From positions 1-36,418 of the forward strand of contig CALRET010000003.1 of the NCBI GenBank assembly GCA_943356375.1: a stretch of DNA of 36,418 bases, read 5' to 3'. This DNA is from Candidatus Nomurabacteria bacterium (GTDB lineage: Bacteria; Patescibacteriota; Minisyncoccia; Phycocordibacterales; UBA9973). The translations under genes and the position numbers were made by a program. Below are positions 20,186 to 28,325 of this stretch, one piece after another. Position 1 is the first letter of the stretch. Every line of letters begins with the position of its first letter. The notes under the pieces are model-generated. The model worked only from the letters and a program-made list of their open reading frames with translations. It had not been told where the DNA came from and searched no databases.

Positions 20186-21064
20186 CTACAATTTCTGTTG
20201 TGCTTCAATAAATTCATCAAGTTCGCCACGCTCTAACACTGAATCAGCATCGCCAGTCTCAACACCAGTACGCAAATCTTTGACCAGTTTATACGGATGG
20301 AGAACATAATTTCTGATCTGATTCCCCCATTCGATATCAGTCGTCTTAGCGATCTGCATACTTTCTTCAAGACTTTTTTTCTCTGCTTCGGCTTTTGCAA
20401 ACAGTTTTCCTTTCACGAGTTCAATCGCTTTTTGCTTATTCTGTTCCTGAGAACGTTCACTGGTTACATGCACCGTTATGCCGGTCGCCGTATGCGTTGC
20501 TCGAACAGCAGTCTCCCGCTTGTTTACATTCTGTCCACCTGGACCACCTGATTTTGAAAATTCTACTTTAATATCAGCGTCTTTAATTTCGGGTAATTGA
20601 CCATGTACAATTTTAGGAACTATTTCAACCAAAGAGAAGCTCGTATTTCTTTTTTGTTTGGAATTAAATGGAGAAAGACGGACCAATCGATGTACACCTG
20701 ATTCACGTTTGAGTGCACAGTAAACACCTTGCCCAATGACTTCAATTGAAATATTACGATATCCGCCATTGTCATTTTTATTCTCATGAATGAGCGACAC
20801 AGACCATCCTTTCTTTTCAAAATATTTCATATACATTCGAAGAAGCATAGCTGAGAAATCTTCGGCATCATCTCCACCTGCACCAGAGAGAATCGAAAGT
20901 AATGCACCACCTCGGTCGAAAGCACTACTGCCCTCTTTTTTATCTTTCAGATCTCTGAGTTCTTTAAGTACTTCCTGTGCATGAAGTTTATCATTCCAAA
21001 AATCTGTTGATATCATTTCTAATTCAAGTGATTCTATTTTCTTTTGTATATCATTGGTATCCAT
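20186..21064 (-). CDS. prfB: peptide chain release factor 2 (short form, no frameshift)
   Basis: GVHRLVRLSPF (SPF tripeptide), GGPGGQNVN, WGNQIRNYVLHPY. Confidence 0.93.
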   Translation of the reverse strand: MDTNDIQKKIESLELEMISTDFWNDKLHAQEVLKELRDLKDKKEGSSAFDRGGALLSILSGAGGDDAEDFSAMLLRMYMKYFEKKGWSVSLIHENKNDNGGYRNISIEVIGQGVYCALKRESGVHRLVRLSPFNSKQKRNTSFSLVEIVPKIVHGQLPEIKDADIKVEFSKSGGPGGQNVNKRETAVRATHTATGITVHVTSERSQEQNKQKAIELVKGKLFAKAEAEKKSLEESMQIAKTTDIEWGNQIRNYVLHPYKLVKDLRTGVETGDADSVLERGELDEFIEAQQKL

Positions 21065-21069
21065 AACTA

Positions 21070-21711
21070 TTATTTACTTGATTTCTTTTTTAACAAACGA
21101 TACAAGAGAAATGCTCCGACCCCAAGCGTAATACACACGAGTATAATATTCTCAATGGTACCCAAACTTCCCGCAAGCGAAGTATATGAATTACCTAATT
21201 TCCATCCAATAAACCCAAGAACAAATGCACGAGGAATTGTCCCTAAAAATGACAATAGAGTGTACTTAAATAAATTCATCCTAATAACTCCTGAAAGAGT
21301 TGAGAGGACCACAGATGGAATTGCTGGAATTGTTCGTGCAATAAAAAATGCAAATTCATCTTTAGTTGTATGTGAAAATTTATCCTCAAATTTTTCAATC
21401 ATGTCCCATGACACGGTGAAAAATTTCCCATATTTTTCTATAATCGGTTTTCCTCCCATATATCCGATTGCATAAAATACCAGAGATCCTATCGCAAGCC
21501 CAAGTGACGCCGGTAACGCCACATGCGTGAATAAAAAAATAACACTTGAGAGAGATGTTTCCATCCCTTGTAGCATAAAGAACCCTGCTCCCAGCTGAAC
21601 TAATGCCGAAGGAATCACCGATATAACCTCTTCAATAACAGATCCAGCAAATACGCCAGTCGCACCCCACGATAAGATGAGTTGATGGATGATTTCGAGA
21701 ATATGTTCCAT
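21070..21711 (-). CDS. DedA/VTT family membrane protein
   Basis: IEE..SVIPS, GSLVFYAIGYMGG, ARTIP. Confidence 0.87.
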   Translation of the reverse strand: MEHILEIIHQLILSWGATGVFAGSVIEEVISVIPSALVQLGAGFFMLQGMETSLSSVIFLFTHVALPASLGLAIGSLVFYAIGYMGGKPIIEKYGKFFTVSWDMIEKFEDKFSHTTKDEFAFFIARTIPAIPSVVLSTLSGVIRMNLFKYTLLSFLGTIPRAFVLGFIGWKLGNSYTSLAGSLGTIENIILVCITLGVGAFLLYRLLKKKSSK

Positions 21712-21826
21712 AATCAGTATATTATCACAAAACCGCCCTCTTTAATCAGGGGGTATCTTTTAAACATCACTAGAATTCACTTTAGCGAAATAAGGTAATA
21801 AAAAAGCCCTCCTAGCTGAGAGCTTT

Positions 21827-22423
21827 TCATTCATCCAATTCTTCTCGATTGCGTTTCCATTCCACAATTTTCTTTTGGACTTCGCGCGGAAATATACCCT
21901 CTCCTTGTATAGACCAATTCCAGATGCGTATTGCATTATCTTCACCGAGCATTCTTTCGAAATATTTCAGTGTAAATTTTTGCAATTCTAGGATTTTCAT
22001 ATGCTTCTCATACCAAGAAGGATCAATGGTATTTTCCTTGATTGCTCGTTTGAGGCTATATGGATGATCGGGAAAATAACAATGCAAATTATACTTAACG
22101 ATCTCATACACAAATGTCATCGTGAGCACAAAATTATTTTCAACCGCTTTTTGTTTGATCCGATCAAAGTACCATCCATGAGTGTGCGCAAGTTGTTCGA
22201 GTGGCTCCCGATGTAGTACTTGGTGTCTCTCGATACGGACAAAATCGCAAACGCAGAGAGTTTCCTCAGACTGATTCTTACCATTCATAAGATTCACTGC
22301 TGGTGAAGGATAATATGAGGATCCAGCATCATACAAATGCATATTTGTAGGCACTGTTTTTGGTTGAAACAATATTACTTGCTGACTAAAACCGTTCGGA
22401 GACGGGATAAGAACTGCTTTCAT
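21827..22423 (-). CDS. hypothetical protein
   Basis: 198-aa ORF downstream of tRNA-Thr. Confidence 0.6.
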   Translation of the reverse strand: MKAVLIPSPNGFSQQVILFQPKTVPTNMHLYDAGSSYYPSPAVNLMNGKNQSEETLCVCDFVRIERHQVLHREPLEQLAHTHGWYFDRIKQKAVENNFVLTMTFVYEIVKYNLHCYFPDHPYSLKRAIKENTIDPSWYEKHMKILELQKFTLKYFERMLGEDNAIRIWNWSIQGEGIFPREVQKKIVEWKRNREELDE

Positions 22424-22496
22424 GATAAATAACTTTTTTGTAACTATATCAAAAACTCCCAGAAAGTCTACTTGGGATACCTTTCATTCTGATTGC

Positions 22497-22529
22497 GGAG
22501 CCGTTGAGCAGGATTGAACTGCTGAACCT
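22497..22529 (-). repeat. diverged duplicate of the tRNA-Thr 3' half
   Basis: AGGTTC AGCAG TTCAATC CTGCT CAACGGC TCC versus tRNA AGGTC AACAG TGCAAAT CTGTT TAACGGC T. Confidence 0.8.
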
Positions 22530-22639
22530 TACAGGTTCTGTACACCTTTTGGATTTTTTATTTCGATTACTTATAAAAACTCTCAAAAGGTCTTGCGCTT
22601 GGGTCCCACCCCAAGCTCACTCGTCATTCACCCCCTTAG

Positions 22640-22712
22640 AGCCGTTAAACAGATTTGCACTGTTGACCTCGATATTACCAATATCGTGCTCTACTACCTG
22701 AGCTATAACGGC
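22640..22712 (-). tRNA. tRNA-Thr(GGU)
   Basis: GCCGTTA/TAACGGC acceptor, CGATA-TTGGTAA-TATCG anticodon arm, atypical T-loop TGCAAAT. Confidence 0.88.
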
Positions 22713-22819
22713 TCTAATGGGACCAATGAGTAAGGAAACAGACTTCATACTACTCGTTTTTCTTTATTTTTTCAAGCTAAATTAAAAAACAGGATGTATC
22801 CCTGTTTTTTAATTAAATA

Positions 22820-23152
22820 CTATTTCTTTCCGTGTGTACTAATTGATTTCCAATGTTTCTTTAATTCTTTGACCATCTTTTCGACATCCACAGAATCAAT
22901 AGATTTTACTGCTCCATATTTCTTTGCCACAACATCAACCACTTGATGATATGCAGGCTCAGAAACTTCTTTCATTTTTTCTATTTTCTCAATAATTTCA
23001 CCTTTCATTTTAATCATCCATCCTTTTGTCTTCTTTATATTTTTCTCTCCATTAGGACCGAAGAAAAAATATCCTGCTGCCGCAAGCGCTGCAACACTAG
23101 CCGTTACCGCAAGCACCTTTACTCCTGTATTATTTTTGGGTTTTATTTTCAT
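22820..23152 (-). CDS. small membrane-anchored hypothetical protein (YtxH-like)
   Basis: AALAAAGYFFFGP.G then a lysine-rich helix; start at ATG 23152. Confidence 0.65.
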   Translation of the reverse strand: MKIKPKNNTGVKVLAVTASVAALAAAGYFFFGPNGEKNIKKTKGWMIKMKGEIIEKIEKMKEVSEPAYHQVVDVVAKKYGAVKSIDSVDVEKMVKELKKHWKSISTHGKK

Positions 23153-23202
23153 CTTTTTATATACATTATTAATAGACGGAAAGAAGTATAGCATATACTA
23201 TG

Positions 23203-23787
23203 TCATTCCTTTCTATTTTTCTTCTTCTTGTGACAGAAACAAGTAACTTCATGATCATGAACCATACCAATACCTTGCATAAATGCATAGCAGATAGTCG
23301 ATCCAACAAATTTAAATCCTCGCTTTTTAAGATCAAAACTCATAGTATCCGATATGCTTGATGTGCTTGGTAAACCCGTAGTACGTGTCCACGCATTGTA
23401 AATAGTTTTACCACCAACAAATGACCAAATATATTTTGAAAAAGCACCAAATTCTTTTTGAATTTTCAAAAATTCTTGTGCGTTTTTTATAGTACTAGAA
23501 ATTTTGAGACGATTACGAATAATACCTGGATTTTCCATAAGTCTCTCCACATCCTTTTCGGTAAATCGAGCTACCTCCTTTGGGTTGAAGTCTCTATATA
23601 CTTTTGCAAAATTATCGCGTTTGTGAAGTATTATTTTCCAGGAAAGCCCAGCCTGATTCGTATCAAGTACAATTGCTTCAAATATATCTCGATCATCGCG
23701 TTTCGGTACACCCCAAACAGTATCATGATATGTTTTCATTTGTTCGTCATTCCCTGCCCACGCGCATCGTATTTTTTCTTTCTTCAT
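23203..23787 (-). CDS. tag: DNA-3-methyladenine glycosylase I
   Basis: RCAW, YHD..WG, QAGLSW, IIRNRLKI, GFKFVG.TICYAFMQ..G..DH...C. Confidence 0.95.
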   Translation of the reverse strand: MKKEKIRCAWAGNDEQMKTYHDTVWGVPKRDDRDIFEAIVLDTNQAGLSWKIILHKRDNFAKVYRDFNPKEVARFTEKDVERLMENPGIIRNRLKISSTIKNAQEFLKIQKEFGAFSKYIWSFVGGKTIYNAWTRTTGLPSTSSISDTMSFDLKKRGFKFVGSTICYAFMQGIGMVHDHEVTCFCHKKKKNRKE

Positions 23788-23958
23788 CCCGTTAGAGATA
23801 GGAAATCTGCTGATTTCCGTATTTAATTAATTGTTTGTAATTTCAACCATGTACATATTTTACCTTTCTTGTTAAATCTAATATAACTCTCTGATCTCTA
23901 ACGGGATTCAATATATGTACTAGTATAACAAAAACCCGCTCATGCGGGTTTTTATACT

Positions 23959-24585
23959 TCAAATCTTAATACTCAGAGAACTAAAAAAGTCTATAGTCTT
24001 TTTTTCAAGCTCGACTTCAGTCTTCCAGTTAAATAAAAATGTCTCAAATCCTAAAGAATCAGCCTTCACTACATTTTTAAGACTGTCATCAACAAAGAGG
24101 ACATCTTTAGGCAGAAGATTAAACTGGTTACACGCTTCCATAAAAAATTCGTCTTGTTCTTTGTTTGTGTGTGTACAACAAGAAAACAATTTGAATTCAA
24201 ATGGATCGTCAAGTCTCAAATTAGTAAGAATTATATCTTTCTTATCTCGTGGACAGTCAGACAATAGTCCGATTCTGTACTCATATAAAGACTTTATATG
24301 ATTCCATAAATATTCATTTCTATCGACTTGTAAAACAATATCTCGTACTGCTGTAATACTGTTAACATGAAATGTCTGTGATAAAACATTCCAAAATTTA
24401 ATAGTATTCACATTCCCTTTGGTAAAATCATCCGAACCTATACTAATAAGAATTTCTTTTATCTCTTCTTGAGTAAGTCTACTTTTATTAGCATTCGTAA
24501 AAAGATATTCAACCAATGATTCAAAACGAATTTTATCGAATACCCCATGCCAATCAAAAAGAATGGCTCGTACTGCTTTCAGCAT
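23959..24585 (-). CDS. HAD-superfamily hydrolase
   Basis: ILFDWHGV motif I, LLSD, K, FVDDS..NV; start at ATG 24585. Confidence 0.8.
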   Translation of the reverse strand: MLKAVRAILFDWHGVFDKIRFESLVEYLFTNANKSRLTQEEIKEILISIGSDDFTKGNVNTIKFWNVLSQTFHVNSITAVRDIVLQVDRNEYLWNHIKSLYEYRIGLLSDCPRDKKDIILTNLRLDDPFEFKLFSCCTHTNKEQDEFFMEACNQFNLLPKDVLFVDDSLKNVVKADSLGFETFLFNWKTEVELEKKTIDFFSSLSIKI

Positions 24586-24700
24586 ATATTGTATTATTAC
24601 TTCTTTTACATTTATACCATAAATCGATGTTATTTGCAAATACAGGGATTGACTTTACGCATATAGTTAGATATCTTTGTGTTAGAAGTTTTTTCTTTAT

Positions 24701-25285
24701 ATGAAAAAAATAATAGCCAAACAAACCCATAGCTCTATTGTGCAAAAAGTAGATCGACACACTCACTCTTGGGGACAGTATGATGGCATGATAACAGATG
24801 ATCTATCGGTTGCTCTTGTTGCTTATGGAGCAGACTGTGCACTTATTGCGTTCTGGGATGATAAAAAAATTGGTATCTGTCATGCTGGATGGAAAGGATT
24901 TGTCGAAGGAATTATAGAAAATATACTCAATAATTTTACGATTGAAGTACGGTGTCATATTGCTCCATTTCTTCATGAATTTGAAATCAAACGAGACACT
25001 TGTTATGAATTGATACGTGAAAAATTTGGAGACAGATATTTCAGATATGAAAATACTAAAATCATATTTGAATTTAGACGAGCAATCGTCCATTCCCTTG
25101 AATCAATTCCGTATACTATTGATGATCGATCAACAATAGACCATCCAACACTTGCGAGCTTCAGACGTGACAAGAAAAAAGGTAATGGTACACAGAATAG
25201 ACTTGTTGTATGGAGAGACTACAAAAATAATGTCCACACATCATTATTTTACCCGAAAGAAGAAATTGTTCTCTGGCACCCATAA
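24701..25285 (+). CDS. YfiH/PgeF (laccase-domain, purine nucleoside phosphorylase-like) protein, N-terminally short
   Basis: QTH, DG, ADC, HAGWKG, SFRR motifs. Confidence 0.85.
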   Translation: MKKIIAKQTHSSIVQKVDRHTHSWGQYDGMITDDLSVALVAYGADCALIAFWDDKKIGICHAGWKGFVEGIIENILNNFTIEVRCHIAPFLHEFEIKRDTCYELIREKFGDRYFRYENTKIIFEFRRAIVHSLESIPYTIDDRSTIDHPTLASFRRDKKKGNGTQNRLVVWRDYKNNVHTSLFYPKEEIVLWHP

Positions 25286-25383
25286 AGGGTATTAATAACC
25301 CCAGAGCAAGCTCTGGGCTCGCTTGAATACTCGTGGATACATTCGTGCGAGTCCCGCAGTAGAACTGCGGGGTATTCTACCCT
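25286..25383. repeat. multi-hairpin REP-like element
   Basis: agggta/taccct outer arms; cccagagc-aa-gctctggg and cccgcagt-aga-actgcggg hairpins. Confidence 0.65.
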
Positions 25384-25387
25384 ATAA

Positions 25388-25474
25388 TACGTCGTCGAAC
25401 CCAGTAGGTGATTCCACTGAATCATCGGACGCTGTGTGAGTGAATACACTCCCACGCGCTCCTCGCTAGACGTA
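25388..25474 (-). ncRNA. candidate structured RNA (three-way junction), family unknown
   Basis: tacgtc/gacgta closing stem and two internal hairpins; G-U pairs favour the minus strand. Confidence 0.35.
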
Positions 25475-25479
25475 ATAAC

Positions 25480-25504
25480 AAAAACCGGTCAATTGACCGG
25501 TTTT
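25480..25504. terminator. intrinsic terminator after pyrE
   Basis: aaaaccggtcaattgaccggtttt. Confidence 0.7.
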
Positions 25505-25512
25505 AATTTTAC

Positions 25513-26157
25513 CTACAGAGCTTCCTGTTTTTTAGTCCACGTGTGTGGATCTCTATGCCATGTATACAAAACTTCTGATTGAATTTCTGTTATCTTTTCC
25601 ATTTTCAACGCTTCTTCTATAATTATTGAAAAAGATACAAGTGAATGAAGTTCTACCTGAGCATCAGTGAATGCTTTTTTCGCTTCCGGAAGACAGTAGC
25701 TGACGATTGAAACACAATCATTCACAGTCGCGCCAGCTTCTCTAAGTACTTTAACTGCTTCCAAACTGCTTCCACCTTTTGTCACCAAGTCTTCAAATAA
25801 AAGAACTGTAAATCCTTTAACCGAACCCCCGACAATTTGTTCTTTCATGCCGTGATCTTTTGCCTGCTTGCGAACAATAACTGAAGGCTTCCCTAAATAA
25901 AAACCTACTACAGACGCATGCGGAACGCCACCCAATTCAACACTTCCGATAACATCGTAATCAATATGTACATCATCAATCATATCTGTCATTTCATCAA
26001 TGAGTGTTTCCCATATTCCCGGATGATACGGCAATATCCGATTATTAACATAGACTGGAGATAATATTCCCGATTTGAACTGTATCGGCTTATCAAATGA
26101 AAACCCAACAGCATTTATTTGAAGTAATAGTCGCGCAATTCTTTGTTCTCTGGACAT
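25513..26157 (-). CDS. pyrE: orotate phosphoribosyltransferase
   Basis: KSGILSPVY, VRKQAKDHG, EDLVTKGGS PRPP-binding motif. Confidence 0.92.
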   Translation of the reverse strand: MSREQRIARLLLQINAVGFSFDKPIQFKSGILSPVYVNNRILPYHPGIWETLIDEMTDMIDDVHIDYDVIGSVELGGVPHASVVGFYLGKPSVIVRKQAKDHGMKEQIVGGSVKGFTVLLFEDLVTKGGSSLEAVKVLREAGATVNDCVSIVSYCLPEAKKAFTDAQVELHSLVSFSIIIEEALKMEKITEIQSEVLYTWHRDPHTWTKKQEAL

Positions 26158-26234
26158 TGTAAAGTATCTAAATCTACTGCGACATTACCATAATCCCATT
26201 TATTGTCAAAATACCGTATTCAAAAATTCAAACA

Positions 26235-26642
26235 TCAACTAACAGTTTTTGATAACAAATATATTAAAGCTCCACATAAACCCCATAGAGGGACAGAGAG
26301 CAGACTCGTATGGCCCGCAATGGAATATTTGTTGTATACCCAAAGCCTTTGCCCAACAACTGTTTGATAGGAAAAACCAATACAATACTCAAGTACTGTT
26401 CCTAAAACAGCGAATATTAAAAAGTATTTTAATATTGAGACACTGACAGTCAGTGACATTACTAGCACGGCAAGCACAGGAACAGAAAGAAGAAATAAAT
26501 ATCTAGAAAGTTTAAAGTGTACAACTCGATGTTTCTTTTCAATACCATCTTTCTTAAAATAAATTTTAGACAAAAATGATTCAATACCTACTCCTAAAAC
26601 CACAATTCCCAAAAAAATTATTAAATCAAAATATGGATTCAT
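26235..26642 (-). CDS. small integral membrane protein
   Basis: About 4 TM helices, LEY..G...G.RLW.Y...G.TS...PLWG; leaderless TATACT-6nt-ATG. Confidence 0.7.
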   Translation of the reverse strand: MNPYFDLIIFLGIVVLGVGIESFLSKIYFKKDGIEKKHRVVHFKLSRYLFLLSVPVLAVLVMSLTVSVSILKYFLIFAVLGTVLEYCIGFSYQTVVGQRLWVYNKYSIAGHTSLLSVPLWGLCGALIYLLSKTVS

Positions 26643-26717
26643 AGAGGTAGTATATCAGTTCTAATGTCCAATTAGTACATAGAAAAAGAGCCCTATTTCT
26701 AGGACTCTTTTTCAATG

Positions 26718-27045
26718 CGCGGCCAACCGGGCTCGAACCGGCAACCTCTCACGTGCACTAAATCCAATATTTTCATAAAGGCGTGGACTATATCTTTACC
26801 AATAGGTGTAGAGTTCCCTTCGCCGAGAATACTCGGCATAAGTGTTCGCTACGCTCCCTTAGGTACTCCGGTATCTAGTCTCTACGGCGCCCCCGACCGT
26901 ATGTCGGGGTTCCCTCGGTATTCGCATATCCGTCACATGACGAACTTAGCCTCCACCGATATCCCAGAGAGTTTCAATCTGCCCTTTCGACAGAAAGCTG
27001 CACGAATCTACAGGCGAGTGCTCTAACCAGTTGAGCTATGGCCGC
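26718..27045 (-). tRNA. tRNA-Asp(GUC) interrupted by a group I intron (exons 27045-27010 and 26755-26718)
   Basis: Spliced product GCGGCCA TA GCTC AACTGGTTA GAGC A CTCGC CTGT|CAC GTGAG AGGTT GCCGG TTCGAGC CCGGT TGGCCGC G forms a complete 74-nt cloverleaf. Confidence 0.93.
26756..27009 (-). mobile_element. group I self-splicing intron, 254 nt, no internal ORF
   Basis: Exon U before the 5' splice site pairs U-G with IGS GCAG; P7 elements GTAGAGACTA (26885-26876) and AAGATATAGTCC (26796-26785); ATCGGTG/TACCGA P4; terminal G. Confidence 0.92.
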
Positions 27046-27716
27046 AAATGTTTAAACTTTTCAAAAATTACCCTCTTTCTCTTGAGATACAGTATAGGTA
27101 AATCTTTGACCATACCATTATACATAAAATCATATAATTTCAAAGAGTCTTTGGCGCTGAATTGCAAACGGGAAAAATTTCCTTTTGCTGTATATAAGGA
27201 TCCTCCCACTACGCCATGAATACGAAGTCTTTCGTGTATATCATGTAAAAATCTATAAGAACAAGAAGTAAACATTGTCTGCAACCCGAGTAAGGGAATT
27301 TTTCTTGATTTATGTAAAAATCCAACCCATACATTTCCATCTCCATCAAAATATCCCCTAATGAAATCAGGAAAATATTTTTTCGAAATATATGGTACCG
27401 CTAAACTTTTTGTTTTATTTTCTGAAAATCCAATTGCTCTTAAATCATTACACATCTCTATACTACCAATCTGTAACCGATATTGTGTCTTCTCAGTACG
27501 ATTTTTTCTTTTCCGAACACTGATTGCGTGATTTGATCCGATAATTTTTCTGATAGAAAAAAGTAGATTTCTATCTGTAATTTGAATACACCAAAATTGC
27601 CCGCCTCGTTTATTTACCGTAATATATCCGTCTGCAGCAAAAAATCCGACTACGTATGCCATGGTACCCGTCCATTTTTTAAAAAAATTCTTATTCACCT
27701 TTTTATATACAGGCAT
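27036..27716 (-). CDS. free-standing double-motif LAGLIDADG homing endonuclease
   Basis: AYVVGFFAADG and DFIRGYFDGDG motifs; stop codon lies inside tRNA-Asp; ATG 27716 is 6 nt after TG-c-TAGTAT. Confidence 0.9.
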   Translation of the reverse strand: MPVYKKVNKNFFKKWTGTMAYVVGFFAADGYITVNKRGGQFWCIQITDRNLLFSIRKIIGSNHAISVRKRKNRTEKTQYRLQIGSIEMCNDLRAIGFSENKTKSLAVPYISKKYFPDFIRGYFDGDGNVWVGFLHKSRKIPLLGLQTMFTSCSYRFLHDIHERLRIHGVVGGSLYTAKGNFSRLQFSAKDSLKLYDFMYNGMVKDLPILYLKRKRVIFEKFKHLRP

Positions 27717-27791
27717 ACACACATACTAGCATGTGACAGGAAAATATACTAACCATACACCCGAACAATATTGGAGAAAAAATAAGAAATG

Positions 27792-27865
27792 TGTCGACGG
27801 GTGGAATCGAACCACCGACCTTGGCTTTATGAGTGCCACGCTCTAACCGTCTGAGCTACGCCGAC
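27792..27865 (-). tRNA. tRNA with CAU anticodon (elongator Met or Ile2)
   Basis: GTCGGCG/CGTCGAC acceptor, TGGCA-CTCATAA-AGCCA arm with A31:A39 mismatch, TTCGATT T-loop. Confidence 0.9.
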
Positions 27866-27918
27866 AATAGGAGAAATATAGCATATTTTTACTAAATTTC
27901 AATATGATGAATGATTTT

Positions 27919-28272
27919 TTATTTTCTCCGTTTGAAAGTCCGTATTCTATGACAGTTTGCACATACGAGTTCACATTTTTCAATTTCTTTCTTCACTTTA
28001 TCCATATTTGATGTTTGTTGGTAAAATGTGGAAATATTAAATTCTTTGTTATTACCTATATGATCAAATTCTAAGACTTCAGGATATTCCTTCCCCATAA
28101 ACCCACAGTCGGTACATTTATTATTCTGTTTATAATCTAAAATGAAATCAGAAATCTTTTTTTTAATTCTGTCAACATATCCTATATGCTTTTCTCTGTT
28201 CTTGGGATACCAAATTTCCCGCATATATTTCTTATGACGTTCTTTCCTTTTTGTTATATCTTTATAGGGCAT
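27919..28272 (-). CDS. free-standing HNH endonuclease
   Basis: CTDCG...LEFDH...CELVCANCHRIRT zinc-binding HNH pattern; likely start MPYKD at 28272. Confidence 0.88.
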   Translation of the reverse strand: MPYKDITKRKERHKKYMREIWYPKNREKHIGYVDRIKKKISDFILDYKQNNKCTDCGFMGKEYPEVLEFDHIGNNKEFNISTFYQQTSNMDKVKKEIEKCELVCANCHRIRTFKRRK

Positions 28273-28325
28273 AATACTCATAAATCATAGCATTTATGAG
28301 CCCCTACTGTAAATACATAAAATTG

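Noticed and set aside
22497-22636. tmRNA (starts GGGGGTGAA, ends in a T-arm)
   Set aside because: Too short, the 5' and 3' ends do not form an Ala acceptor stem, and the 3' part matches tRNA-Thr instead.
25388-25474. 5S rRNA (motifs UAGCGAGGAG and CAGCGUCCGAUGAU resemble it)
   Set aside because: It is only about 90 nt, lacks loop C (CCGAAC) and the helix II pairing does not form; kept as an unknown RNA candidate.
21827-26642. Alternative genetic code 25 (UGA=Gly)
   Set aside because: Several genes, including tag and the HAD gene, end at TGA at expected lengths, and RF2 with SPF is present.
26715-27026. 103-aa + strand ORF as an intron-encoded protein
   Set aside because: It is antisense to the tRNA and intron and has no nuclease motif.
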